NCBI RefSeq assembly: GCF_009914755.1
Contig: NC_060944.1
Source of the DNA: the human T2T-CHM13v2.0 reference genome, Homo sapiens
Length of the DNA stretch: 64,000 nucleotides
Strand: one strand, 5' to 3'
Shown: one piece after another, positions 34,261-46,592 of the stretch
Position numbering within the stretch: position 1 is the first letter of the stretch
Layout: each line of letters starts with the position of its first letter
Position numbers and translations under genes: made by a program
The notes under the pieces: model-generated
Seen by the model: the letters and a program-made list of their open reading frames with translations, nothing else
The model's database searches: none
What the model was told of the DNA's origin: nothing

Positions 34261-35714
34261 GGTAATGACCACAACTGGGAAGCCAGCCTGGAAAAAGCCG
34301 GCCTGGAAAGACTTGGCTTTATTTGTGTCCAGGGAATTTGGGAATGAGCATTCTGTCTTGGCCAGGAGGTGGAAGAAAAATGCAACTAGGAAGGGCTACT
34401 TCCAACGAACAGCTTTAAAGAGTTGCAGTTCTGGGGAAAAGGTGAGAGATAATTCTAAATGCTTTGTCAAGTCAAGCTGGCCCAGGGAATAATCTGGTTA
34501 TCTCTAATTTACCCCTTCCTATGCTAGTATCCCCTCTTGCTATAATCAAATTGCTTTTTACCCTGAGTTGTTAGGACCAGGGGCCATGTAAGAAATACAT
34601 AAAAATAAAATTAAGAGAAAACTCTAAGTTTGTGGTCACTGAAAGTAAAGTTCTTCATAAGTTTTCTCCAGCTCCAAAATTCTGTGATTCACACATTTTA
34701 CAATCTATAAAATAATGCAATATCAATAATAATATTGTTTGCTGTCTTCTGAGATCTCCATGGGAAAGATATGCTAGGATATTATAGAAGTTGGCCCAAA
34801 CTGTGCACAAATGGATTAGAGTGAGCAGAATCAAGTAAAAGAATGGTTTGAATAATAACATATTGATAACAGATAATACAAACTTTTTTCATTAAGCTTC
34901 AGAAGAATCTTAGTAGAAATGCATTGTTTGGAATGCATATGCTTTGGTCTCAATAAAAATATCCGGTTGCAGAGATATTTCATGTGGTTTGAACTAACAG
35001 GCAAAAAATTAAAAATTCATTGGTATACACTAATTCATGCAATTGTATATTTTGGAGGTAAGTGTAATGGCATAGGTTTGCTGTAATGGAACTGATTGGA
35101 AAATGATCTCTTGGAGAAAATTTATTGCTGGTCATAAGATTTCTTTGGTTTAGAAAAATGCTGGGTTTAGTAAAATCTGAGGCACTAAATGAAAGTCTGC
35201 TTTAATAAAAATGTGGATCTGAGAACTGTGGTTTTTAGTAAGTGGGCATTTGATCCATTAAAATTGTATTGGTTTTATTCTTTACGTTGGCTTTTCCTGA
35301 AATCCATCAGTTTGAAGCATGAAGTAAGCACTTGCCAGATATTGCTCCAATAATGAAACATTGAAAGCAAGGCCCTGAATAACTGTTAAAACAAGTCCTA
35401 TTAATCAGCTGTGACTTGTCCCTTTGTAAACTTCTCAAAATGGAAAAAGAAGCAGTTTATTTCACTTTTGTTGAAGATGGCAAAGCAGTAATTTTATTGT
35501 CACTGAATCCCCTCAGCATCCTAGAACTCAATGATGAAAAAATATGTACAGAATTAGATCATGCCGCCTGCTTGGGCTGTCTGCATCTCTTCTTCCATAC
35601 AGAGTTCCCCAGTGCTTTGTCTAGGCGAAGCTGAGCTGGACCCCTGACGAGGACTCCGCCACTCTCCTTGGATGAGGATCCTGTGGTCTAACTGGCCTTA
35701 TTGTTAGGAAATTG

Positions 35715-35870
35715 TTCATAAAATTAGGAAACTCAGAGTGAACAGAGAACTCAGACAGGACTCTTCCTTGCAGAGGGTAACGTACATGTGGAATGAGTTA
35801 CTGAGAAAAGTGATTGAGGCGAAGAGCACAAATGAATTCAAGAGAGTTCCAGGTTTATTTCTGGACATGG
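35715..35870 (+). mobile_element. Ancient CR1/L3-type LINE 3' relic
   Basis: cagagggtaacgtacatgtggaatgagttactgagaaaagtgattgaggcgaagagcacaaatgaattcaagagag reads QRVTYMWNELLRKVIEAKSTNEFKR, resembling the CR1 ORF2 C-terminal 'QRVV..WN.LP..VVEA.S...FK' motif. Confidence 0.55.
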
Positions 35871-36328
35871 CAGAGGAGGGAGGGGATGAGGAGGAGGCCA
35901 GTAGGAGGTAGGGTTAAGATGCATTTTTGCAGGACAGGCATGTAAATAATTTTGCTTATTCTTCAAATTTCCTTTTACGATTGTGGAATATTCCCAATGA
36001 AAGGCTGCATGTTCTCATCCATTTGGCACTCATGGGTACAGCAGGGTCAGATTCTGGTCCTGCCGCTGTCTCTGAGGGAGATGGTTTCTATTGCAGAGGC
36101 TGGGGGGAGTGGGGGTATCCCACCTGATCCAGAGTGAACAATTCAGCAGCAAAAGAGGAGTCAGAGCCGGGCACTCCCAGTGGGTTTCTGGCCTGAAAGT
36201 GCAAAACCAAGAACTTGCCTCTGAAAGCCTCTGTTTTTAACTATGTTTTCAGCTGGGAAAGGGCACTGAAGACCAGTTACATGGAAGACCCTATTTTCTC
36301 CTCATTGCTTCAATGTTGGACTTATGAA

Positions 36329-36898
<570 letters not shown>

Positions 36899-38669
36899 CT
36901 GAGGTTGAGGAAGAAACTGGAAGCACTGGAAGAGTTTTGCTGCAGCTCCAAGGGAGAAGGACACACACCTGGCTGGGAGCCTTTGTGGCAGCCTCGAGGT
37001 CTAGCCTAGAAGGGGTTGTAAAAGGGCTGACAAAGGGAGGCCTGAGCTTCTGGCTCACAGCACTGGGTGCTGAGGTCTCCCAGCAACTGACTCATCAACC
37101 CTGAAGTCGGAGGCTCTTGGAAGCTGAGGTCCTCCTGCCCTGCACTCAGCCCCACTCATGATCCCCTTTGATGCTCTGCAGGTAGCACATGCAAGGGAGA
37201 AGGGGGAAATGTGGCAAAGGGGGATCACTAAATGGTCAAAAACTGCCTTGGCTGGGATGTAAGAAACCAACTGTTTTAGGCAGGGAAACGTTATAGGTGG
37301 AGGTGATGCCAACAGGAGAGGAACCTGTGGTGTGGTATAGTGTGTCAGGGTGGGAGAGAGAGAGCTCCATGTGTTAGTCCTCCAAGACACAGAATTTATT
37401 AGTGTAGAAAACAACTCCAGACATGGAGCCCTTTTAAACTTTCACAGCTTGGAGGTTCAGTGCCATCTGCCTTGCTCTGAACCCAGTACCCCAGGCTGGC
37501 AGCCAGGAGGAGGAAATTCAGTTCCAGTGCTGTCAATGGGGCTCTTGCTATATTTGAGGTTTCACATCATGGCCACTTGCCTCCACTTTTCCTATGTCTT
37601 CTGTTTTCCACCAGACCCCAGAGTTTTTCTTAGAAAGTTTATAAGGCCCAATGTGAGTAGGGGCTCAAAGACAAGGTCAAGGGCAGGCAAGATGGATGAG
37701 GCAAATAACTCAATGAGCAAGTGACGGCAGGCCCTTCAGGCCGCCTTCTCATGCAATTGATAGTTGCTCCTTCCTCACATTTGGTTTGGTTCCCTAAATG
37801 TTAAATCATCTCTAGGATAAGCAGGTGATAGCCCATGAATGGAGCCAGATGCTGAGATGTTGTTCAGCTTGAGTGGCCTGCAGTTCATTCCTGACCAAGC
37901 TGTGGTTTGTTCCTGCTGGCTGTTGGATCACCTCCTTCAAGGATTCATCACTGGATAGGCCACTGTTGGCCATTGGAGCTATTCCACCAAGACTGATCTG
38001 AACTCTCCCTATGAGACTTTTCTTTTTCCAGTAGGCTCCATATCTGATTCTATGAAAAGTTCAGCCCAAATGAGAGGACCTTGGGAACACATGTCGATAG
38101 AACAGAGTCCAGCTCCTCAAACTGCCTCTCTGACTTATCTGTGCACAGAGCAATGCTTTATGTGGTAAATCCTCAACTGACATTGTCAAATTGAGTGAAC
38201 TGACATCAAAAAAGTGGGGGAAACAAGGTAGCTAGCATCAGAAGTGTTATTGTCAGCTGCCAGTTATCTCCAGGTATCTGTACCATTTATAAATTAAGCT
38301 GGGATATTTACACAAGTCCAGCCTTCTCTTTCTGTTCCTAGAGTAAGAAGTTATCCTTTTATTGTTCCATAAAATAGGGAAGCTTCATATGTTTTTTAAT
38401 ACAGATTTTGTGATGATTACATGGAGGCAGTCAGTGTCTGGCATGCAGTAAGTACTGTATGTACCATTTCATCATTATTGCTATTGTCATCCTCACCACT
38501 GAAATTAGATAAAAAGGCTTTCAAGGTTGAGATTCCTTTTGAAATCAATGGTGAGTCAAGCAGCTAGTCCAGAAGGAGCTGAGCTCCTCCTCTTTATGAC
38601 AGTTTTTAGCGTGAGAGAGGCAGCATTGTCCTGAAAAGAAGAGATCCCAAGGCTCAGCTGTGAGAATAG

Positions 38670-38953
38670 AGTCTTTACATCTGTTGAAATCAGGAAGTAA
38701 CTGGAATTCACAAATTTCTGGTCACTTGAGATTTCCTGACTGTTTTATGAACCACAGTTGAACATAAATTAATCTTGGGAACATACTGGAGTTTACTTGT
38801 GTCTCTAGACCATTTTATAGCCCAGATCTTTTCCTGAAAGATGGCTTTGCTGTTGATTTCCACTTTCCTTAGGATCTTTACAGAAACTTCTCCAGCTTCT
38901 GAAAGGGCCAGAAGAATTTACCTGTCTGAAAGCAGAGGTCACACATGAATGGA
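38670..38953. repeat. 284-bp direct repeat, copy 1 (probable donor)
   Basis: Matches 40301-40584 base for base by eye. Confidence 0.95.
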
Positions 38954-40300
38954 TTTTCTTGTAGACGAGCAGTAGTTCCTTAGCTTTGAAGGTGTCGCCA
39001 ATGGATTTTTATACATACTACTAGAGAGTCAAATATTTGGCAGGTTGATTCAAAAGAACATTTCACTGGGATGAGGGAGCACTAAATATACATGGTGAGC
39101 AGATTTGTCTTTTACCAAATGCATTTGTTATGAATTACGATGAATGCTTCTTCCTTTAGCGTTATCACATTTTTTTCTATTGTTTCAGTACTCAAAAATG
39201 TGACTGTAGGAAAGACTGAAAATAGCCAAGGCATTACCCTTGTTTCTAGTAAGCCTGAAGAAGACAGCAGACTGGTCGATAAGTATGGACATCAAATGTG
39301 TTTATGTGATCCATCTAGTCCAGAAATATTTGCTCAGATCCTACCATATGTCTGGCCCTGAGATAAACATTTGCTATTAGGCAGTGTTCTTGTCTCTGGT
39401 TTTAAGGAACAGAACACTACTCAAGCATGCTCATATATCAAATAGATTTTATTGAAGGCACCATTGTGACAGCTCAGGGAAAATGATAATAGCAGAGTCA
39501 GATGTGAACTAGTTCTAGGTACTGGGAAATGATCACCATCTCCAACAGCTACCCTTGCTCTCTGTTTTGGCCTCTCTGTATCAGTCTCAGTTCTCTGCCT
39601 CCCAAAGTACTTTTTTTTTTGAAAATAGTTTGTATCTTGTTATAATAAGGCAACTCTAAGAGTTTTCAACAAAATACATTTTGTAGGCTTGGGTAGTTAG
39701 AATATTCATACCATAAAAGGTAATTTTCCAGATAACTCCCTGCTCTAAAATTTCAGTTTCTCTTTACAGATTACTAGGAAGGTCTTTTTCATTGATGTGA
39801 AGGACTTTGTCACTTTAGGTAACTAATACTACTGAGCATATTAATACCCTTCAACACCATGCTAATCAATGCTGAACAACAGCATACAGGTATCACTAAA
39901 GAGAATACAATGCTACAATAACCAAAAGCTTTGCTCTAGGAGGCCAAAGGGGAAAACCGTCTTGTCACTTGGCTGCCACTTCAATGAAGTAATTGGGTAA
40001 GACTCATTTATTCCTAAACAACAGTTGCCAAATTTGAATGGAAATGAGTATTTGGATTTAGTCATTAATGTTCAAGGAAATGCTGCAGCAATTCTCTGAA
40101 TATTTCCAAAGAATGCATCACAATCCAGGAATATAGAATGTATAAGGCTACTTTTACAAAGCGCCATCAGAGATTAACATGTTGCATGGGCTTGCAACAC
40201 TGGCACTTTGATATTCATTACCATATGTAAATTAAAAACTGCCTTGAACATTAAGATTGTTAATTTGAGTGTGGGGAAAAACTAATCTAATACTCATTTC

Positions 40301-40584
40301 AGTCTTTACATCTGTTGAAATCAGGAAGTAACTGGAATTCACAAATTTCTGGTCACTTGAGATTTCCTGACTGTTTTATGAACCACAGTTGAACATAAAT
40401 TAATCTTGGGAACATACTGGAGTTTACTTGTGTCTCTAGACCATTTTATAGCCCAGATCTTTTCCTGAAAGATGGCTTTGCTGTTGATTTCCACTTTCCT
40501 TAGGATCTTTACAGAAACTTCTCCAGCTTCTGAAAGGGCCAGAAGAATTTACCTGTCTGAAAGCAGAGGTCACACATGAATGGA
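40301..40584. repeat. 284-bp direct repeat, copy 2 (probable insertion)
   Basis: Identical to 38670-38953, offset 1631 bp. Confidence 0.95.
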
Positions 40585-40754
40585 ATGAATGAGTGTCCAA
40601 TGATAGAGGATGTGAGCCACTAGGAATATTCTGTAATCAAATATAGATATGTAAAATATTATTTCGTTTCGTATAATTAGATACAGAGTTAGATGGAATA
40701 TCTATAGACTGCAACAAATTAAACCAAAATAGACTCTTACATATTTGTTATGGG

Positions 40755-40937
40755 TTTTTTGTTTGTTTGTTTTCTTTTTTTAGAGACAGGGTCTCACTCT
40801 GTTGCCCAGGTTGGAGTGCAGTGGTGTGATCATGGCTCCCTACAGCCTCCACCTCCTGGGCTCTATGAGTGTGTGCCCCCAAGCCCAGCTAATTTCTGTG
40901 TTTTTTTCTAGAGATGAGGGTCGCACTATGTTAGCTG
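40755..40937 (-). mobile_element. AluJ/FRAM fragment with internal deletion
   Basis: gagacagggtctcactctgttgcccagg...cctcctgggctc. Confidence 0.8.
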
Positions 40938-42131
40938 GCATCTTGGAAGGCTTTTTAAATTATTTGCTTTAAATCCTTTAAGTAAACAGATTAAATCCCT
41001 ATTTGAAATAAAAGTAGCTGTTTACTCATGTAAATGCATTGTTTTTCCTTGACTACTTAAAGGCAAACAGATTAAAGGACATGGATTGTCTAAAGAGGCT
41101 TTGGTGAAGAGTATGTTGAAATTCCTTTTTTTTTCCCTACTGCAATCCTTTTCACCAATTCATTTAGGCTTTCTATGGCTTTTAAGAGATGAGAGAGAAA
41201 AGTTTTTGTTTCTAATTAACAAGGTTTCACAAGCAGGCAGAGGCATTACTGTTTCCATTTAAAAAGAAAGAAAACCTAGAAAAATGGTGACATGTTCCTC
41301 CACCGGCAGGATGGGGGTAAGGGACAACTTTGGGCATGCCAAGATACTTTTTTCACTGAGAGATTTATTTTAAAATATTACTTTATAAGCAAAAGGGCAA
41401 TCTATCATTGGATTTTCCAACACCATGTTGGTGTTTTAATTAAAATAGCAGGGTGCATGATATTAATGAACAGGCATTGGTTCTCAAGTCCTTCTCAAGA
41501 GTTAAGAGGGCTGGCGATAGTCTTGTCTCAAACTCAAATAAAGGGCATTTTCATAATTCTCAGTGGAACAGTGAATATATTTCTCCCTTCCCACACCATA
41601 CACATTTCTCAAATGCAAATGTGACTTTTAAGGAAGCCTGCCTGGCTCTCTCCGAATTCTGGAGCCAGTGATAAGAGAACAGGACACCCACCCTGATAGC
41701 CCACCAACCCAGCAGTTGCTTTGCAGTCAGGGGCAGGGGAGGCTGCTCCTCCTTGGAGGAGGGGGCTTTTTCAGAGGTGTGCATCCCATGTTGTCATCAA
41801 TTCCTTTCTGTTCACAATTTCCTACATAGGAGGGATTTGAATCTTTTTATAGACATTCTTGACTTTGTCTCCAGTTTAGACCATTTGCCATGTTAATGGT
41901 GAAAAGGATTCCCAGGGTCAGGGGACATCGTTATCTTCTCAGCAGATGTGTGGCACAGTGGGGCAGCATTGGACTTAGGATTTGAAAACCTGGACATCGA
42001 CCCCAGCTTTGTCCCTTGTTCATTTATTCCGACAACAAATAGTGAAAGTCAATTGCATGCCAGGCACTGTCCTTGCTGCTGAGACACCCAGGGATCAGGT
42101 GTGGCTCCTGACCTGGGGCTCACCTCTAGTA

Positions 42132-42402
42132 CAGCATTTTCCAAATACTCCATGGTGGAGGACCAGCTTTTAAATTTTAAAAAATTCATCATGGCCTAAA
42201 AGTTTTGTGAAGTACAATATAGCCAAGTGACTATAAAAGTGAAAATAAAGACATGCAAAATATAAACACACATTTCATTGTTATTAGATTCCACAAGCAT
42301 AAAATTATTCTGTCAGAGTGACTATTTGGTTCTTTCTCATCTCTATAGTTATCTCTTCGCAGACAGGTAACAGCCTGTGGAGGACCACACTGGGTATCAT
42401 TT
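42132..42402. mobile_element. Probable hAT-Charlie relic
   Basis: Termini cagcattttccaaa... / ggaccacactgggtatcattt with an AT-rich core. Confidence 0.45.
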
Positions 42403-42469
42403 GTCCGGCAGGTGCTGCGATCCTAAGAGGGTAACATTCTCCCCAGCCACTGGAAGTGGGTGGAATGGA

Positions 42470-43518
42470 GCCACTATAGTAAATGTTGTTGGATGCCTAC
42501 TTAGCAGCCTGCCTCCTGCCCCCTGCCTCCTTCCTGAGAGACTCCAATTTACTCAGCTGTGCACTGGACACACCACCCTGATTGTGGCTGGCCTCACCTG
42601 TAGGTTGTGGCAAACTTGACTGGCCTAAGGGTAATCCCATATGCCTTACCCCTAAATGGGCCAGGAGGAGGCACTTGATGGGGTCTAGGTCCATGAACTT
42701 CAAAGTAAGCTTTGCTGTGAATATTGGGAAAGGTCTCTCTTTGCTCTTTCTAGACAGCTTTCAGAAGCAATTGTACTAGATTAAGAAAGTGTGTTAGTTG
42801 GGGTTCTCTAGAGAGACAGGAATAATAGGATAGAAGCATATATGAAAGGAAGTTTATTAAGGAGTATTGACTCACAATCACAAGGTGAAACTCCACAATA
42901 GGCTGTCTGCAAGCTGAGGGGCAAGGAAGCCAGCCTGAGTCCGAAAACCTCAAAAGTAGGGAAGCTGAAGGTGCAGCCTTCAGTCAGTGGCTGAAGGCCT
43001 GAGAGCCCCTGGCAAACCACTGGTGTAGGTCTAAGTGTTCAAAAGCTGAAGAACTTGGAGTCTGATGTTTGAGGGCAGGAAGTATCCAACACGGGAGAAA
43101 GTTGGAGGCCAAAAGACTTAGCCAGTCTAGTCTTTCCATGTTCCTTTGCCTGCTTTTATTCTAGCCACACTGGCAGCCGATTACATGGTGCCCATGCAAA
43201 TTGAGGGTGGGTTTGCCTCTCCTTGTACTGACTCAAATGTTAATCTCCTTTGGCAACACCCTCACAGACTCACACAGGAACAATACTTTGCATTCTTCAA
43301 TCCAATCAACCATCACAGAAAGAAAGCATGAAGTCCAGATGACTGGACCAAAAGAACACCCTAGGTTGGATGGATGCTGGATGGCCAACTGGATGGGAAA
43401 AAAGCGGGTCTTGATAACATTCTAATTAGCCCCAAACCCTCTATTCCCATGAGCCAGTCTCTTCTCTTTAAGTTGATGCTAGCTGCCGTTTTGTGTTATC
43501 TGTTACAGACTAATACAA
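42470..43518 (+). mobile_element. Old MaLR LTR (MLT1J-like) split by MLT2B
   Basis: gactggcctaagggtaatcccatatgcc on the left; ttcccatgagcc...gttatctgttacagactaataca on the right. Confidence 0.5.
42790..43317 (-). mobile_element. MLT2B ERVL solo LTR
   Basis: tgtgttagttggggttctctagagagacag...aagaacttggagtctgatgtttgagggcaggaag...aaccatcaca; perfect 5-bp TSD gaaag/gaaag. Confidence 0.9.
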
Positions 43519-43544
43519 TTTGCAATAATTGAAGATGCAATATT

Positions 43545-44235
43545 TATTGATATATTATTATCAATTGAAGTCCATAGCTTACATTAGGATTCACTCTTAG
43601 TTTTGTATGTTCTGTGGATTTTGACATATGTAAAATGACTTGTGCCCACCATTACAGTATCACATAGAATGGTTTCACTGCCCCAAAATACCCTCTGTTC
43701 CATCTATTTATCCCTCTTCCTTTCCATGGACCCTTGACAACCACTGATCTTTTTATTGTTTCCATAGTTTTGCCTTTTCCAGAATGTCATGTAGTTAGAA
43801 TAGTACGGTATGTAGCCTTCCTAAATTTGCTTCCTTCACTTAGCAATATACATTTAAGGTTATTTTTTGTTCCCAATAGCTCACTTCTTTTTGTGGCTGA
43901 ATATTTCATTGCTTGTGTGTGCCATAGTTTGTCTATTCATTCACCTATTGAAAGCCATCTTGGTTGCCTCCAAGTTCTGGCAATTATGAGTAAAGCTCCT
44001 GTAAACATTAATGTGCAGGTTTTTGTGTGGACTTAAGTTTTCAACTCCTCTGGGTAAATACCAGGAGCACCACTGCTAGATTGTATGGTAAGACTATGTT
44101 TACCTTTGTAAGAAACTGCCAAACTCTCTTGCAAAGTGATGGTATTATTTTACATTTCTATAAGCAATAGATGAGGGTTCTTGTTCCTCTTCATCTTGCC
44201 AGCATTTGGTGTAGCCAGTGTCTTGGATTTTTTTC
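43545..44235 (-). mobile_element. L1MC (L1MC1/2-like) 3' fragment
   Basis: gtccatagcttacattaggattcactctt...ttgccttttccagaatgtcatgtagtt. Confidence 0.8.
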
Positions 44236-46269
44236 CACAGAATGATATTTTTACATATCCCTGAACAAGGGATGATGTTTAAAATTCTTAGCAATGAGTA
44301 TCACCAGGGCAGGAGCTCACAGAACAGATGTGGATATTCAGGTGAAGATTGGCTGATCACTGGCCCAGCCTGCAACAGAGCGCCATTTGAGATCATTGCC
44401 AAATGCTTTTATTTGTTCTTCTTTTTCCCTCACTAGAAGAGCAACAGCTCATGTGCATCTGGATTACTCCCTACAGCAGCCCTCCCTAACAAGATGCCAG
44501 GACTCTCTAAGCCGTATTTAATATCCCTCCTTTGTTAGGACCCCACATGTTCCTTGAGACATTAAGAATCCTGGCAAGAGTAGGGGTGATGAAATTCTTT
44601 GTTGTAGGGAGCAGCATCACATGGAAGTATGGCTTCTCACTGCCCTCAGCAAGTCCCAGGCCAAAATTGGAGGTGGACTACGTTTATTTTCAGCATTCTG
44701 CCTTCTTACCATTTCTTGTCCCTTACTTGTCTCAGACAGTCTACCTCCCTAGAGAAATATTTTATAGTAAAATTGCAGAAACTATCATTAACCTAATGTA
44801 ACCTTATTTAGAGGAGAGAGTTTCTGCCTTTTAAGAAGGTCTAAGGGGAAGGACATTGCTATACCCAAAGAATGGAGCTTGGATGTTAGGTAAACATCCA
44901 TGCAGGATCCTCACTAGATTCCTCAGAGGTGTCTGCTCACCTAAAATTTGATTCCCAGGATTCTTCTGGGAATCAGAGACAAGGGAAAGCAAAAGTAGGG
45001 AAGAAAGAATAAGAGAAGAGGAGGTAGAGCAAAGCAAGGAATGGACAGAAACACAAAGGAGAAATGGGAAGTGGATGGAGAGGGGAAACAGATCACTGTT
45101 GGCAATGGTTTCAGATGGTACTGAGCAGCCCCTGCCCAAGTCTCCAGTCATTCTCTCCATGATGCTCAGTGCCATGGTTTTTATTCAAAAGCTCAATGAT
45201 AAATTTCATTTGTGCAAATTTATCTAGAAAGAGCTAAAAATCAGAGTCACATACTCTTTGTTTTCAGCGTGAGAGTGGGTTACAAATCCCGCCTCTGTTC
45301 CCCAGTGCTGTCTTGCACATTTGGATTTCCGATTAACCAACAGATGTGGGGGGAAAATGGCTGGCCCGGCCAGAGAGGTCCCCCATGACCACACATGTGC
45401 AAATACTGAGGCTCACAAATCATTCCTGTGAACTCAGCTGTAGCTCATGTGATTCCCCCTCTGCTGCCCACATCAGATGCCTGGGAGAATCTGTGATGGG
45501 GATGGAGCTGGGTCAGGCAGGAGAGGAGGGAGCCAGCAGATTTGACTTTAAGGATGAGTTTAATCATCTCTTTGCCTTGAATTTCTTTTCCCAACAAATT
45601 CTGAGGAGTGGGAACTCTGTCAGGGAGAATATAATAGAAAATATTTCCCTACATGGACAAATAGGAGCTTAATGAATGACTAATTAAAAGATAGGGATCG
45701 TCAGACCCATTGGAAATATACTGGGTACAAGGTAGTTTTTCTAGATACAAACAACATAATCCTTCCTTCACCGTGTTAGTTTCTTTTCCCTACGTTTCAA
45801 AAGAGCAAATAAAAGGTTCACAAGTTTCTCAGGCATCAAATAGTTCTGAAAAATGTCAACAACATCGGTGTAAAACTAATAAAAATATGGCACAAATTTA
45901 GCACTTGTACTTAAAGGAAATATAAAAATGGGAAAAAGAAGCAGATGGAAAAGCATGCTTGGGGCTTGAGCAGATCAACCTCACATATTAAAAAGCAAAA
46001 CAAAATAGAACAGTTCTGGAGGGAATGTTTAGAAAGAATGGCTTATTTAATTAGAAAAATAATAATGCCTCCTTTCCTTTTTCTTCAACAACATTGAAGT
46101 TGAAAATGGACTTAAGCCATTACCTTTGGCTGTCCTAGCAGGGGAGGGTTTCAGACTTTCATTTCTTTCCCAGCCTATGGTGTGAGGGGAAAAGTTGTCT
46201 TGGCATGGAGATACACTGTCAGTGCAGACTCCTCAAAGATGAATGGATGTGCATTTAAGAACAGATAGC

Positions 46270-46385
46270 TGAGAACATCTCTGAACATCAGTTTCTGCAT
46301 ATAAAAAATAGAGCCAATAAACTCTTCCTCACCAGTTTCTTGAGAAAATTAAGTGATATAACATGTGGGAAATGCCTGCCTTAGG
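46270..46385 (+). mobile_element. MIR fragment
   Basis: tctctgaacatcagtttctgcatataaaaaatag...gagaaaattaagtga. Confidence 0.6.
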
Positions 46386-46397
46386 AGACATCTAGAC

Positions 46398-46592
46398 CAA
46401 CACTGTTGCAATGATGGACGTCTTCTATGTTCTGTACTGTCCAACAGAATAGCCACCAGCCACATGTGGCCACTGAACACTTGAAACATGATTAATGCTA
46501 TGAAGGAAATTAATTTTTACTTTTGTATGACTTTAGTTAATTTAAGTATGAGAGCCACATGTGCCTGGTGGCTACCATGTTGGATGGCTCAG
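46398..46592 (+). mobile_element. MER3 hAT-Charlie element
   Basis: agccaccagccacatgtggccactgaacacttgaaa; 8-bp TSD atctagac/gtctagac. Confidence 0.85.

Noticed and set aside
33883-34492. Several overlapping His/Thr- or Cys/Val-rich ORFs up to 159 aa
   Set aside because: Artefact of the stop-poor TG/CA repeat.
38670-40584. The two 284-bp repeats as LTRs of a small novel retroelement
   Set aside because: No TG...CA termini, no TSD outside the pair, no primer-binding site or polypurine tract, and no coding capacity in the 1.35-kb spacer.
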